Source: an uncultured delta proteobacterium (GTDB taxonomy: Bacteria > Desulfobacterota > Desulfobacteria > Desulfobacterales > JAHEIW01). From it: a stretch of DNA of 64,000 nt. Position numbers and translations under genes: made by a program. The notes under the pieces were generated by a model. The model did no database searches, was not told where the DNA came from, and was given only the letters and a program-made list of their open reading frames with translations. Every line of letters begins with the position of its first letter. The first letter of the stretch is position 1. The stretch covers positions 24,083 to 88,082 of the forward strand of contig CAVPNL010000009.1 in assembly GCA_963706575.1 (NCBI GenBank). The letters run 5' to 3'. Shown here in pieces: positions 8,206-17,920 of this stretch.

Positions 8206-9642
8206 CTATTTACCGACACAAAACCGGCTGAAAATCTCATTTAGCACATCCACCTTCACATTGTCGCCACTGATCACTCCCAAAGCATCGATGGCCTCCT
8301 GAAGATGGATGGCCACCAGATCACTGGAGGTTCCGTTTCGCAGTTGTTCAATCACAGATTCGGCAGCATCAAGGCTCGTTTCAAGCAGCAGCTTGTGCCT
8401 TAAATTGGGGACAATCACCCCGTTAAAATCAAGCGGATTCTGTCCTCCGGCCATCTTAATAATTTTGTCTTTGAGCTGATCGATCCCCTGGTCATATAAG
8501 GCCGAAATACGCACCTGCTCATCAAAACGCCAGTTGTCCGGAAGGGTGGTTTCATTTCCCTCCTGGATAAGGTCGATTTTATTCAGAACAACGATTAGGG
8601 GCTTCGAATTGATCTGGTCATAAATGAGGTGGTCTTCAGAGCCCAGGGATCGGTTGGCTTCAATCATAAAAAGCACCAGATCAGATCCGTTGACGTGCTC
8701 GAGTGTTTTTTCAATTCCGATCTTTTCTACGGGGTTATCGGTGTAATGAACACCGGCCGTATCACTGATAACAACCGGTATGCCTTCAAGGTTCAGCGTT
8801 TCTTCGATCACATCCCGGGTTGTTCCCGGCACATCCGTCACAATGGCTCGATCCTTTTGAACCAGCTGATTGAGCAGACTGGATTTGCCCACATTGGGCC
8901 GACCGACCACCGCAACTGCAATCCCGTCTCGAAAAACATGAGCGTCCACATAATTTCGGATCAATCCCTTTAGCGGCTCGCGCACTTCTCTTTGAAGCGA
9001 TTCTAGCGTGTCTTCGGTTTGGATGAATTCTGCGACATCATCCGGAAAGTCAATTGCAGCTTCAATCCGGGTTAAGAGGTCGACCAATCCGTCTCTGATG
9101 GAAGTAATCTGCTTGCGCAGCTTTCCGCTCACCTGGGCAGCCGATAGTTGTAAACTCTTACGGGTGCGGGCATTGATGACATCGATGACCGCTTCGGCCT
9201 GGGTAAGATCGATGCGCCCGTTAGCGAATGCCCGCTGGGTAAATTCCCCCGGCTCGGCCAGACGCGCACCCTTTTTTAAAACGAGCTGCAAAATGGCATG
9301 TAAAACCACCGCCCCGCCGTGAGCGTTAATCTCTACGACATCTTCTCGCGTATAGGTCTGCGGGGCCTTCATCGCCGAAAGCAAGACTTCATCCAGCATG
9401 ACGCCGTTTTCCGGGTCAAAGATGTGGCCATAGTAAAGCCGGTGGGACTCAAATTCAAACCTTTTCTTTTTGCCCGGATGGGTCGAAAGGGGAACGGCAT
9501 TTGAATCCTGACGCCTGTCAATCGGTCTGAAAATAGCCTTTGCAACCGCAAAGGCATTTAAGCCGGATATTTTGACGATGCCGATCCCGCCTTTTCCGCC
9601 GGATGTGGCAATGGCTGCAATGGTATCTGAGTTAGGTGTCAT
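8206..9642 (-). CDS. mnmE: tRNA uridine-5-carboxymethylaminomethyl modification GTPase MnmE
   Basis: N-terminus MTPNSDTIAAIATSGGKGGIGIVKISG; G-domain GRPNVGKSSLLN, DTAG and NKID; C-terminal CVGK. The ATG at 9642 is preferred over the GTG at 9678 because it matches usual MnmE N-termini. Confidence 0.9.
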   Translation of the reverse strand: MTPNSDTIAAIATSGGKGGIGIVKISGLNAFAVAKAIFRPIDRRQDSNAVPLSTHPGKKKRFEFESHRLYYGHIFDPENGVMLDEVLLSAMKAPQTYTREDVVEINAHGGAVVLHAILQLVLKKGARLAEPGEFTQRAFANGRIDLTQAEAVIDVINARTRKSLQLSAAQVSGKLRKQITSIRDGLVDLLTRIEAAIDFPDDVAEFIQTEDTLESLQREVREPLKGLIRNYVDAHVFRDGIAVAVVGRPNVGKSSLLNQLVQKDRAIVTDVPGTTRDVIEETLNLEGIPVVISDTAGVHYTDNPVEKIGIEKTLEHVNGSDLVLFMIEANRSLGSEDHLIYDQINSKPLIVVLNKIDLIQEGNETTLPDNWRFDEQVRISALYDQGIDQLKDKIIKMAGGQNPLDFNGVIVPNLRHKLLLETSLDAAESVIEQLRNGTSSDLVAIHLQEAIDALGVISGDNVKVDVLNEIFSRFCVGK

Positions 9643-9823
9643 TTGGTCAAAATATAATATGGCCACCCGGTGGTTCACATGAGGTCGGGCCTTCTAAAAA
9701 CCGTCAATCGTTTTCAGGATTCAGTTTAGCCGCAAGAAGACAATTCAGAGCTGAAGGAACCCGCAACCAGCATCAGGTGAATGAAAATGGTAAATGGTAT
9801 CGGGCACCATGTACAAATAAACG

Positions 9824-10636
9824 TTATCTTTTCGAATAATTTCGTTTTTGGGGAAATATCACAAGCTTTCGCAAACGACCTTCCCCCCGGCTGCGGGTCA
9901 AAACTTCGGGAAAATCCTTGAGTGCAATATGAACGATTCTGCGATCGTAGGCATTCATCTGGCCGAGGGATATGGGTTTTCCGATTTTCTTTGACTTTTC
10001 GGCCATCCGGAGTGCCATGTTTTCAAGATTTTCTTTGCGGCCTTCCAGATAGCCTTCGATATCCACCAGAACCCGAATTCGGTTTTGATTGCGTTTGTTG
10101 ACAACTTTTTCAATAATGCTCTGAATGGCGTCCAGTGTTTGGCCGCGTTTGCCGATCAAAATACCCGCATTGCCACCATTGACATTGAAGCATAGGCGCT
10201 CCGCATTCTCTTCAACCGAAATTTTAGCATCTGCCGTGATGGTGTCTACAATTCGTTGCAAAACCAGCCTGCCAATTTCCACGGCATCATCGGGGAATGA
10301 ATAACGCTGTTGGCCTTCTGAATCTTCTTTAACAGACCCATTTTCGTCGTCTAGAACCATGGTCCCTGTGGCTTCGGATTGGCTGTAAGCATCAGGTGTC
10401 GGCTGTGCAGCGGCGTTCAATTCAGCGGTTTGCGCTTGCCGCTCCCTTACCAGCGTATCCTTAGCTAACTTTACCCGAATTTTCGCCTTTTTGGTACCGG
10501 ACAAACCGAAAATGCCGCTGGATCCGTAGGACAGCACTTCGTATTTTATCTCTTCTTTGGGTATCTTGAGTTCGGCACTGGCCTTCTCGATTGCCTTGTC
10601 AACGTTTTTTGCTTTGAATTCCAGCGAGGCCGACAT
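9824..10636 (-). CDS. jag: Jag/KhpB RNA-binding protein (Jag_N, KH, R3H)
   Basis: N-terminal Jag-like segment (KNVDKAIEKASAELKIPKEEIKYEVL) and C-terminal R3H (MNAYDRRIVHIAL). It holds the conserved position between yidC and mnmE. Confidence 0.8.
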   Translation of the reverse strand: MSASLEFKAKNVDKAIEKASAELKIPKEEIKYEVLSYGSSGIFGLSGTKKAKIRVKLAKDTLVRERQAQTAELNAAAQPTPDAYSQSEATGTMVLDDENGSVKEDSEGQQRYSFPDDAVEIGRLVLQRIVDTITADAKISVEENAERLCFNVNGGNAGILIGKRGQTLDAIQSIIEKVVNKRNQNRIRVLVDIEGYLEGRKENLENMALRMAEKSKKIGKPISLGQMNAYDRRIVHIALKDFPEVLTRSRGEGRLRKLVIFPQKRNYSKR

Positions 10637-10651
10637 GTAAAACCTCCGTAA

Positions 10652-12319
10652 TTACGCGTATTTTTTCTGGGTATAATACTGCTGGGCAATTGATAGAAGG
10701 TTGTTCACCAGCCAGTATAAAACCAGGCCGGATGAAAAATTGATAAAAATAACCGTAAATATAATGGGCATAAACATCATCATCTTCGCCTGGGTGGCGT
10801 CTCCCATGGGGGGTGACATTTTTTGCTGCAGCAGCATGCTTGCACCCATGACGATGGTGAGAACCGGTATTCCGTATGGCGGTTCCATAAAAGGTATCGA
10901 AAAATCAAAGCGCAACAAGCGGTCCGGTGCAGCCAGGTCGTCAATCCACAGGAAAAACGGCGCATGCCGTAGCTCGATGGCTTCATAAAGCATGCGGTAG
11001 AGCGCAAAAAAGACCGGGAGCTGAACCACCATCGGAAGACAGCCGCCCAGCGGATTGATCTTATAGGTGCGATACAGCCCCATGACTTCCTGATTCATCT
11101 TCTGTTTGTCGTCTTTGTGTTTTTCACGAATCTCTTTCATCAGCGGCTGGATTTTTTTCATTTCGCTCATCGATTTATAGCTTTTTTGCCCCAGAGGCCA
11201 TAAAAGGATTTTCGCCAATATCGTTAAAAAGATAATGGCCACCCCATAGTTGGGAATCACACTGTAAAATTTGTTCATCAGCCACAGGCAGGGCTTGGCA
11301 ATAATATCAAACCAGCCGAAATCAACGACTTTTTGCAGATCGTTGCCGACATTTCTGAGTTCCTGTATCCTTTTAGGACCCATGAAAAGCTGGTATTTAT
11401 AAGTGTACTGAGTCCCGGGCTGAATCGCTTTTTCCGGCTGCCGGTATCGGGCGGCTACAAATTTGTCGGACTCCAGGGCCAGATGCAGGCTGGCCTCTTC
11501 GATCTGGTTGGGTATGAGACCGGACATAAAATAACGGCTCTGCAAGGCAACCCATTTGATTGTGCCGTCAAATGTATTCTGATCTTTAAGCTTTTTGGTC
11601 TTGATTTCTTGAAGTTCGTCGTTAATCAGTGCGCTGGGCCCTTCAAAAGCATACATGCGCTTATCACCCGGAGCTTTGCTGTATAAGGCCACAAAGAGTT
11701 TATCCTGGATGCCGCGCCCGGATCCATTTTTTATGATGACCTCCATACCGATCGCATAGGTATCCGGTGCAAATTTATAGGTTTTTTCGATGACAATTCC
11801 ATCCTGTGAGCGCCACAAAAAAGTAAGGTCCTTGGGGCTGTCATTCACCTCCAGCTGCCTGGAAGGCATGTTGGCAGTAAATACCGCTTTATCCAGCCCG
11901 GTAATACTCTTGCCGGTAAATCCCAGTAGGCCGACGCCAAAGGTTTCATCGCCGGTCAGAATTTGTTTAAGGGGTGCATCCTTTTGAACTTTTTCCCGGT
12001 AGTTTTTAAGGAGAAAGCTGTAAAATACGGCTCCATTCTCAGAAATCTTGGCCTGATAAAGCGGGGTATCGACAGTAATGCTCGCGGCTATCTGAAGCGG
12101 GGTCTCTTTAACGGTGGTTTTTACAGCAGGCGCCGGTTTTTCAATCGCTTCTTTATAAGGCTTTTCAGTGTCCTTAACCGCTTGTTTTTCTTCTACCGCA
12201 GGGGATTCAACCTTTTTTGCCTGACGACGCTCGGCTTCATCAGGGCTGAAAAAAAATTGCCATGCCAAAAATATAGCGAGCGAAAGGACGATGGCTATTA
12301 ACAATCGCGATTGTTCCAT
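10652..12319 (-). CDS. yidC: Membrane protein insertase YidC
   Basis: 555 aa with an N-terminal TM, a large periplasmic domain, and a C-terminal core containing LGGCLPMVVQLPVFFALY and a basic tail. Confidence 0.92.
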   Translation of the reverse strand: MEQSRLLIAIVLSLAIFLAWQFFFSPDEAERRQAKKVESPAVEEKQAVKDTEKPYKEAIEKPAPAVKTTVKETPLQIAASITVDTPLYQAKISENGAVFYSFLLKNYREKVQKDAPLKQILTGDETFGVGLLGFTGKSITGLDKAVFTANMPSRQLEVNDSPKDLTFLWRSQDGIVIEKTYKFAPDTYAIGMEVIIKNGSGRGIQDKLFVALYSKAPGDKRMYAFEGPSALINDELQEIKTKKLKDQNTFDGTIKWVALQSRYFMSGLIPNQIEEASLHLALESDKFVAARYRQPEKAIQPGTQYTYKYQLFMGPKRIQELRNVGNDLQKVVDFGWFDIIAKPCLWLMNKFYSVIPNYGVAIIFLTILAKILLWPLGQKSYKSMSEMKKIQPLMKEIREKHKDDKQKMNQEVMGLYRTYKINPLGGCLPMVVQLPVFFALYRMLYEAIELRHAPFFLWIDDLAAPDRLLRFDFSIPFMEPPYGIPVLTIVMGASMLLQQKMSPPMGDATQAKMMMFMPIIFTVIFINFSSGLVLYWLVNNLLSIAQQYYTQKKYA

Positions 12320-12500
12320 TAATTTCTCCTAATATCAGGTTATAAATTACGGTGCCGCACTTTATGCTAAAAAGAAGCCTGTATTTCGAAATTAAACAGG
12401 GTTTTTGTCTGGGGACTTAGCTGGGGGAGCAGTTTCTGCGCCGTTAACCATTTTCCGCTACGCATGATAGACTCGTTAATCTGGTTTTGTTATGCGCAGG

Positions 12501-12746
12501 CTAGGGAACCGGATCAACGCCACCAGGATGAAAGGGATGACATCGCAACAATCGCTTGACGGCCAGAAATAGGCCTTTTAAAGGACCGTGTTGTCTGATT
12601 GCCTGATAGGCATAATTCGAACAGGTTGGATAAAAACGACACGAGCGGCCTAAAATCGGAGATAGTGTATATTGGTAGGCCCGGATCGATGCTAACATCA
12701 ATATCGCTATAATCTTTTTAATCAACACAATTCGAAATCTTTTCAA
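12501..12746 (-). CDS. yidD: Membrane protein insertion efficiency factor YidD
   Basis: [35 protein letters not shown]...[17 protein letters not shown]. The true start may be the internal Met at 12698. An unusual 181-nt gap separates it from yidC. Confidence 0.85.
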   Translation of the reverse strand: MKRFRIVLIKKIIAILMLASIRAYQYTLSPILGRSCRFYPTCSNYAYQAIRQHGPLKGLFLAVKRLLRCHPFHPGGVDPVP

Positions 12747-13071
12747 ACAAATCTTGAAGGAATAAATCTACCTTCGCAGATGAAAGGTCTGTGGCCTTTT
12801 TTTTGGCGACGATGTTAATATCCCAGTTTTGATTTAAATGCTGCCTGTTTAATCGAAAGTATTCGCGTACCAGACGTTTAATTCGGTTTCTTTGTGCAGC
12901 TTTTGCGACCTTTCGTGTAACCGTGATGCCCAGCCTCAGGCTGTCGAATCGGCCAGGTTTAAAAAAAACGATAAAACAGTCGTTTTGCAGCTTGCGTCCG
13001 GATCGCGTGAGTTCGAGAAATTCCGATCGTTTTAAGATTCGATCTTCCTTTTTAAAGGAAAAGCGCATCAT
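12718..13071 (-). CDS. rnpA: Ribonuclease P protein component
   Basis: 117-aa basic protein with the RNR-like motif ([14 protein letters not shown]), located directly downstream of rpmH. Confidence 0.85.
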   Translation of the reverse strand: MMRFSFKKEDRILKRSEFLELTRSGRKLQNDCFIVFFKPGRFDSLRLGITVTRKVAKAAQRNRIKRLVREYFRLNRQHLNQNWDINIVAKKKATDLSSAKVDLFLQDLFEKISNCVD

Positions 13072-13145
13072 GGCCTATGACCCATGATCTATGACCCATT
13101 AAACATTAGGCTTTACTCATCATCCGGTTCGCTGGCCCGACCGTT

Positions 13146-13280
13146 TCAACCGGCGAGGCGGGCCCTACCCTTTGCCCGGCGCCGATTAATTATCCTGCGA
13201 CCTGCCTTAGACGACATCCGTTTGCGAAATCCATGATTCCTGGCCCGTTTGATTCTGCTGGGCTGAAAAGTGCGTTTCAT
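13146..13280 (-). CDS. rpmH: 50S ribosomal protein L34
   Basis: Not in the ORF track (under 60 aa). Minus-strand translation from the ATG at 13280 gives [44 protein letters not shown]-stop. Confidence 0.9.
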   Translation of the reverse strand: MKRTFQPSRIKRARNHGFRKRMSSKAGRRIINRRRAKGRARLAG

Positions 13281-13416
13281 CTTATAAGTCCCTTATATTA
13301 TTATATATTTTCCTATGCCTTTTGGACGTTGATTGTTGTGCTATGCGTCCTGAGGGTGCGAAGTCCGAAATTTATGATATAAATCACAAGGTTGAAGTCA
13401 TGTCAAGATGAAATCA

Positions 13417-14961
13417 TTATTCTTTATGAATTTCAAATATATCGAATTCTTCCATATGATAGGTCGTGTTGGGGTATATGACAATTTGCTTGCCGATAAC
13501 CTTTTCCAGAGCCGTTATCAAATGATTTTCTTCACCATGCAACAATTCGGCAATCTGCGGATTAGCTCTTAATGTCAGCCGGATGCCGTTCATATCCTGG
13601 GATTCCCGCAAAATTTCACGGAAAATTGAATAACAAATCGATTGTTTAGAAATAATATAGCCTTCTCCATCGCAATAATAGCATGGCTCGCACAGAATCC
13701 GGGTGAGCGGTTCCCGGGTGCGCTTGCGGGTCATCTGGATGAGCCCCATCTCCGACATCGGCAAAACATGGGTTTTACTCTTGTCTTTTTCCAGTGCTTC
13801 CCGGAGTGCATTGAACACCTTTTCCTGGTTGGACTTTTTATCCATATCAATAAAGTCGATAATGATAAGGCCGCCAAGATCCCGCAGCCGGATTTGATAG
13901 GCAATCTCCTTGACGGCCTCCAAATTGGTTTTTACAATCGTTTCTTCCAGATTGTGTTTGCCGACATAGCGGCCGGTGTTGACATCAATCGCTACCAGGG
14001 CCTCGGTGTGCTCGATGGTAATATATCCGCCGGATTTCAGCCAAACCTTGCGTTTGAGCGCTCTGGAAATATCGCCTTCCAGATTGTAGGCGTCAAAAAC
14101 CGGTTCGGCGCCGTCGTAGAGCACCACGTGATCCTTTAGGCTGGGCATGTAAGTGTCCAGAAATGATAAAACGGCATCATAGGTCGGTTTGGAATCGATA
14201 ACCAGTTTCTCGACTTCATGGATCAGCAAATCCCTCACCGCGCGTAGGCTCACGGAAATCTCCTGATGCAATCTGGATGGGACGGGGGCTTTCTCATATT
14301 TTTTTTGGATGTTGGCCCACAGGTTGTTCACAAAGGACATCTCGGAAGCCAGTTTTTCTTCAGACTCGCCCTCAGCAGCCGTCCGCACAATATAACCATG
14401 GTTATTGGTGCGCAAATTCATAACGCTATTTCGCAGGCGCTCGCGTTCGGCTTCATCTTCAATACGGCGGGAAATGCCGATATGATCGGATTTGGGCATC
14501 AGCACCAGGAAGCGGCCGGGCAAAGAAACGTAAGATGAAATTCGCGCCCCTTTGGTACCGATGGGAGATTTGACGACCTGGGCCAATACCTCCTGGCCCT
14601 CTGAAATAAGCTCTTCAATCTGATACCTGCGCCGGTGTTCGTATCGCGTCGGTTCCGGATTGCTTTCGGGTTCTACCGGCACCTCCTCGGCATCGATTTG
14701 AAACAGGCGTTCATATTCCTCAATATCATTTGTATAAACATCATCCACATACATAAATGCCGCCTGATTAAGACCGACATCCACAAACGCTGCCTGCATC
14801 CCGGGCAATACCCGCAGCACTCTGCCTTTATAGATATTGCCGGCGACATCCGAATCATCTCCGCGATCCACATATAATTCCACGATGGTCCCGTCTTCTA
14901 AAAGTGCCACCCGGGTTTCATGATCTGAAACATTGATGATCAGCTGTTTGTACATTTTCAA
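13417..14961 (-). CDS. rng: Ribonuclease G (Rne/Rng family endoribonuclease)
   Basis: N-terminal S1 domain (GNIYKGRVLRVLPGMQAAFVDVGL) and catalytic core (GGYITIEHTEALVAIDVNTG, GGLIIIDFIDM). The 514-aa size fits RNase G rather than RNase E. Confidence 0.85.
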   Translation of the reverse strand: MKMYKQLIINVSDHETRVALLEDGTIVELYVDRGDDSDVAGNIYKGRVLRVLPGMQAAFVDVGLNQAAFMYVDDVYTNDIEEYERLFQIDAEEVPVEPESNPEPTRYEHRRRYQIEELISEGQEVLAQVVKSPIGTKGARISSYVSLPGRFLVLMPKSDHIGISRRIEDEAERERLRNSVMNLRTNNHGYIVRTAAEGESEEKLASEMSFVNNLWANIQKKYEKAPVPSRLHQEISVSLRAVRDLLIHEVEKLVIDSKPTYDAVLSFLDTYMPSLKDHVVLYDGAEPVFDAYNLEGDISRALKRKVWLKSGGYITIEHTEALVAIDVNTGRYVGKHNLEETIVKTNLEAVKEIAYQIRLRDLGGLIIIDFIDMDKKSNQEKVFNALREALEKDKSKTHVLPMSEMGLIQMTRKRTREPLTRILCEPCYYCDGEGYIISKQSICYSIFREILRESQDMNGIRLTLRANPQIAELLHGEENHLITALEKVIGKQIVIYPNTTYHMEEFDIFEIHKE

Positions 14962-14975
14962 AAGCTCCGCTTTTT

Positions 14976-15068
14976 CGCAAAGCGCAGAGGGCAGAGCGCA
15001 TAGCGAGAAATGCCGCCACTGGTATATGCAAAAAGTAAACGCTTTGCTCTATGCGCTATGCGCTTAGC
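14976..15068. repeat. Word-stutter inverted repeat (GCAGAGCG/GCATAGCG words)
   Basis: cgcaaagcgcagagggcagagcgcatagcgag faces cgctttgctctatgcgctatgcgcttagc. The right arm overlaps the last codons of the radical SAM gene. Confidence 0.65.
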
Positions 15069-17563
15069 TTTATTATCGTTGCCTGTTTGACCTGCTCATC
15101 GCTTAATTTGAATATATGGCGCAGGACATCAAAAGGCCGCACGGTTTTTCCCGGCTCAGATTGAAGGGTCAGTTCCATATGACCCGCGTCGAACAATTCA
15201 CTGCTTACTACAATATCTTTTAAATCTATCTTTTTCAACTTTCCTTTTCGATGAGTGAGCATAATGTAAAAATCCAAACTCTCGTTGAAAGCGTTTAGCC
15301 GGGTTTTATCGAAAAGCGCTTCCTGCAGAGCAACCCGGTAGCGGACGCGTTTGCGGAGGGGTGCCGGCGCCTTTTTGGGGGCTAATTGACAATCGAGGAT
15401 TTCAAGCCCGGCGGGCAATTGATCGTTTAAGGCGGCCTTCGCGTCTTGCGGGCGAATGGTGTCCGCTACGGTTATCATAAAGCGCTCCTGCTGGCTCTCG
15501 ATTCCCACCGGCAGGGGGTCATCAAAGGAGATTTTGGGTTTGGGGTGAAATCCCTCCGAAAACCGAACCGCAATTCCAGCCCGTTTTAAGGCGCGTTGGA
15601 AAATATTGACCAGTTCAAGATGTCCGAAATACCGTGCCCCGTCCAGCTTGCTGTAAAAAACACTGAGTTTTTTAAAGGCCGGCGCTTTCTGAGCATCGGG
15701 TCGATTCAGTCGACCGGCATTGTCTTTTAAGGCGTCGTGGGTTAAGGGCTCGATTTGTTCAAAGTCGCAGACACCGCACTGGTTGCATTCATCAACCCGG
15801 CAATCTGCTGTAAAGGCTTCTCCGGTTGCATTTTCCCATTCATCGGCTAAAAACGCTTTGGTCACCCGGGTGTCAATATGGTCCCAGGGCAACGGCTCAC
15901 AAACATCTCTGGGGCGAAGCGTATAAAAATCAGGATCCAGTCCCTCTTCGGCAAGGGCCGCTGCCCACAGGTCGTAGCGAAATCGATCACTCCAGCCGTC
16001 AAACCGGCAGCCTTTATGATAGGCGGCTACCAATAGCCGGCTCAGTTTTCGATCGCCGCGGGCCCAGACCCCTTCCAGCCAGCTGACTTGCGGATTCTGC
16101 CATTTGATTTGAACGCCGGACAATTTGAGTTTGTCCTTAACCCGCTCTAAGCGGTCTTTGGATTCGGCCAGCGACAGCTGGGAGGCCCATTGAAAAGGGG
16201 TATGCGGTTTGGGAATAAAGGTGGCCACGCTGACATTGATCTTTCCCCGGCGCCCCGCGGGGCTTTTGATTTGCCGCAGGGCTTTGACCAAATCCACCAG
16301 CGCCTTTAAATCTTCAACGGTTTCGGTCGGAAGCCCGATCATAAAATACAGCTTGATGACCCGCCATCCCAGGTCAAAAGCGTCTTTGACCGTTGTCATA
16401 ATCTCTGCTTCACTGATATTTTTATTGATCACGTCCCGCAGCCGCTGACTGCCGGCTTCGGGGGCAATGGTAAACCCGGTTTTGCGCACCGTCTTGATCA
16501 GTTTCATCAGCTCCGGTGTCAGGGTTCCGGCCCTCAACGACGGCAGGGAAACCGCCACATTCTCGGCCGCATAGTCCGACATCAAGCGCGACATCAAAGG
16601 CACGATACAACCGTAGTCGCCGGTGCTTAACGACAGCAAAGAAAGATCTTCGTATCCGGTGGCACCGACGGATTGATCACAAAGGGCCAGCAGCGAATCG
16701 GGCGCGCGTTCCCGCACCGGCCGGTAGATCATGCCGGCCTGGCAGAACCGGCAGCCGCGGGTACAGCCTCTGGCAACCTCCAGTCGCAGCCGATCATGCA
16801 CGGGTTTGCCGAAGGGGATGATGGGTTTATTGGGAAAAGGCACCTGATCCAGATCGGCAACCAGAGTTCGGGTCACCTGTGAGTAATCCGGAACCTGCGG
16901 CTCCAGGATCTGAAAGCCGCACGCATCATACCGCGGCTTAAAAAATGAGGGAATATAAACACCTTCAATCTGTGACCAGCGCTTTAAAAGACCTTCTTTA
17001 TCGTTGCCGGTGTCCTTTTTCCATTCCATCCAGCTTTCGGCCAGTAAAAGGGTGACTTTTTCACCGTCCCCGATGACAATGGCATCAAAAAAATCCGCAA
17101 CCGGCTCCGGGTTGCAGGTGCACGGGCCTCCGGCAATAATCAGTGGAAAAGAGTCGTCCCGTTGGGCGGCATAAAACGGAATGCCGCACAGTTCCAGCAT
17201 GGTTAAGATATTGGTGTAATTCAGTTCATAGAGCAGACTGAATCCGATCATATCAAACCGATCAAGAGGCCGGCGGGATTCCAGAGAAAATAAGGGCAGC
17301 CCGCTGCTCCTGAGATGACGGTCCATATCCATTCCGGGAGCAAAGACACGCTCGGCGGCAATGTCCGGATGGGCGTTGAGAATATGATACAGAATCTGCA
17401 TTCCGAAATGGGAGGTGCCGATTTCATAAAGATCCGGAAAAGCCAGCGCGATTCGCAGTTTAACCCGCTCCAGGTCCTTTTTGATCTGATTGATTTCGCC
17501 CCCCAAATAGCGGCTGGGTTTTTCAACCAGAGGCAAAATATCTTCGATGGTTTTCAAATTCAT
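15056..17563 (-). CDS. B12-binding-domain radical SAM protein fused to a DUF2344-like C-terminal domain (TIGR03960/TIGR03936-type)
   Basis: Radical SAM cluster motif ARGCTRGCRFCQAG, an N-terminal B12-binding-like region, and a C-terminal extension of about 230 aa. Total length 835 aa. Confidence 0.75.
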   Translation of the reverse strand: MNLKTIEDILPLVEKPSRYLGGEINQIKKDLERVKLRIALAFPDLYEIGTSHFGMQILYHILNAHPDIAAERVFAPGMDMDRHLRSSGLPLFSLESRRPLDRFDMIGFSLLYELNYTNILTMLELCGIPFYAAQRDDSFPLIIAGGPCTCNPEPVADFFDAIVIGDGEKVTLLLAESWMEWKKDTGNDKEGLLKRWSQIEGVYIPSFFKPRYDACGFQILEPQVPDYSQVTRTLVADLDQVPFPNKPIIPFGKPVHDRLRLEVARGCTRGCRFCQAGMIYRPVRERAPDSLLALCDQSVGATGYEDLSLLSLSTGDYGCIVPLMSRLMSDYAAENVAVSLPSLRAGTLTPELMKLIKTVRKTGFTIAPEAGSQRLRDVINKNISEAEIMTTVKDAFDLGWRVIKLYFMIGLPTETVEDLKALVDLVKALRQIKSPAGRRGKINVSVATFIPKPHTPFQWASQLSLAESKDRLERVKDKLKLSGVQIKWQNPQVSWLEGVWARGDRKLSRLLVAAYHKGCRFDGWSDRFRYDLWAAALAEEGLDPDFYTLRPRDVCEPLPWDHIDTRVTKAFLADEWENATGEAFTADCRVDECNQCGVCDFEQIEPLTHDALKDNAGRLNRPDAQKAPAFKKLSVFYSKLDGARYFGHLELVNIFQRALKRAGIAVRFSEGFHPKPKISFDDPLPVGIESQQERFMITVADTIRPQDAKAALNDQLPAGLEILDCQLAPKKAPAPLRKRVRYRVALQEALFDKTRLNAFNESLDFYIMLTHRKGKLKKIDLKDIVVSSELFDAGHMELTLQSEPGKTVRPFDVLRHIFKLSDEQVKQATIIKLSA

Positions 17564-17622
17564 AGCATCCGCAGGTGGTATAAGGCACTCATTGCTCGTA
17601 ACCAGCTTAGAAGCGTCTCATA

Positions 17623-17751
17623 AAAGTGACTAAAGTGAACTAAAGTTGGAAGTGACTAAAGTTATGGTGTCGCTACGCTCCGTCTTTTATAAAAATGACA
17701 GAATTCCTAAACTTTAGGCACTTTAGTCATTTTAGGCATTTTAGGCACTTT
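17623..17751. repeat. MITE-like stutter palindrome (CTAAAGT words) with conserved core
   Basis: Arms gtgactaaagtgaactaaagttggaagtgactaaagtt and aactttaggcactttagtcattttaggcattttaggcactttt. The core ggtgtcgctacgctccgtcttttataaaa is shared, in reverse orientation, with the element at 30024-30150. Confidence 0.75.
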
Positions 17752-17920
17752 TCTTTGAAGCCGCATCGGCTGCTTCATCTTAGATTCGGCTTACGTTATC
17801 AGATTAACTTAAAAAATTGAAGCCGCCGTCTTTATTTTCATGGCGCGATGTTTATATTTTAGCAGCCAAATTGCTTTGTGATTTCAAACAACCCGGGACC
17901 CGTTTCCCGTAAGGAGAGAT

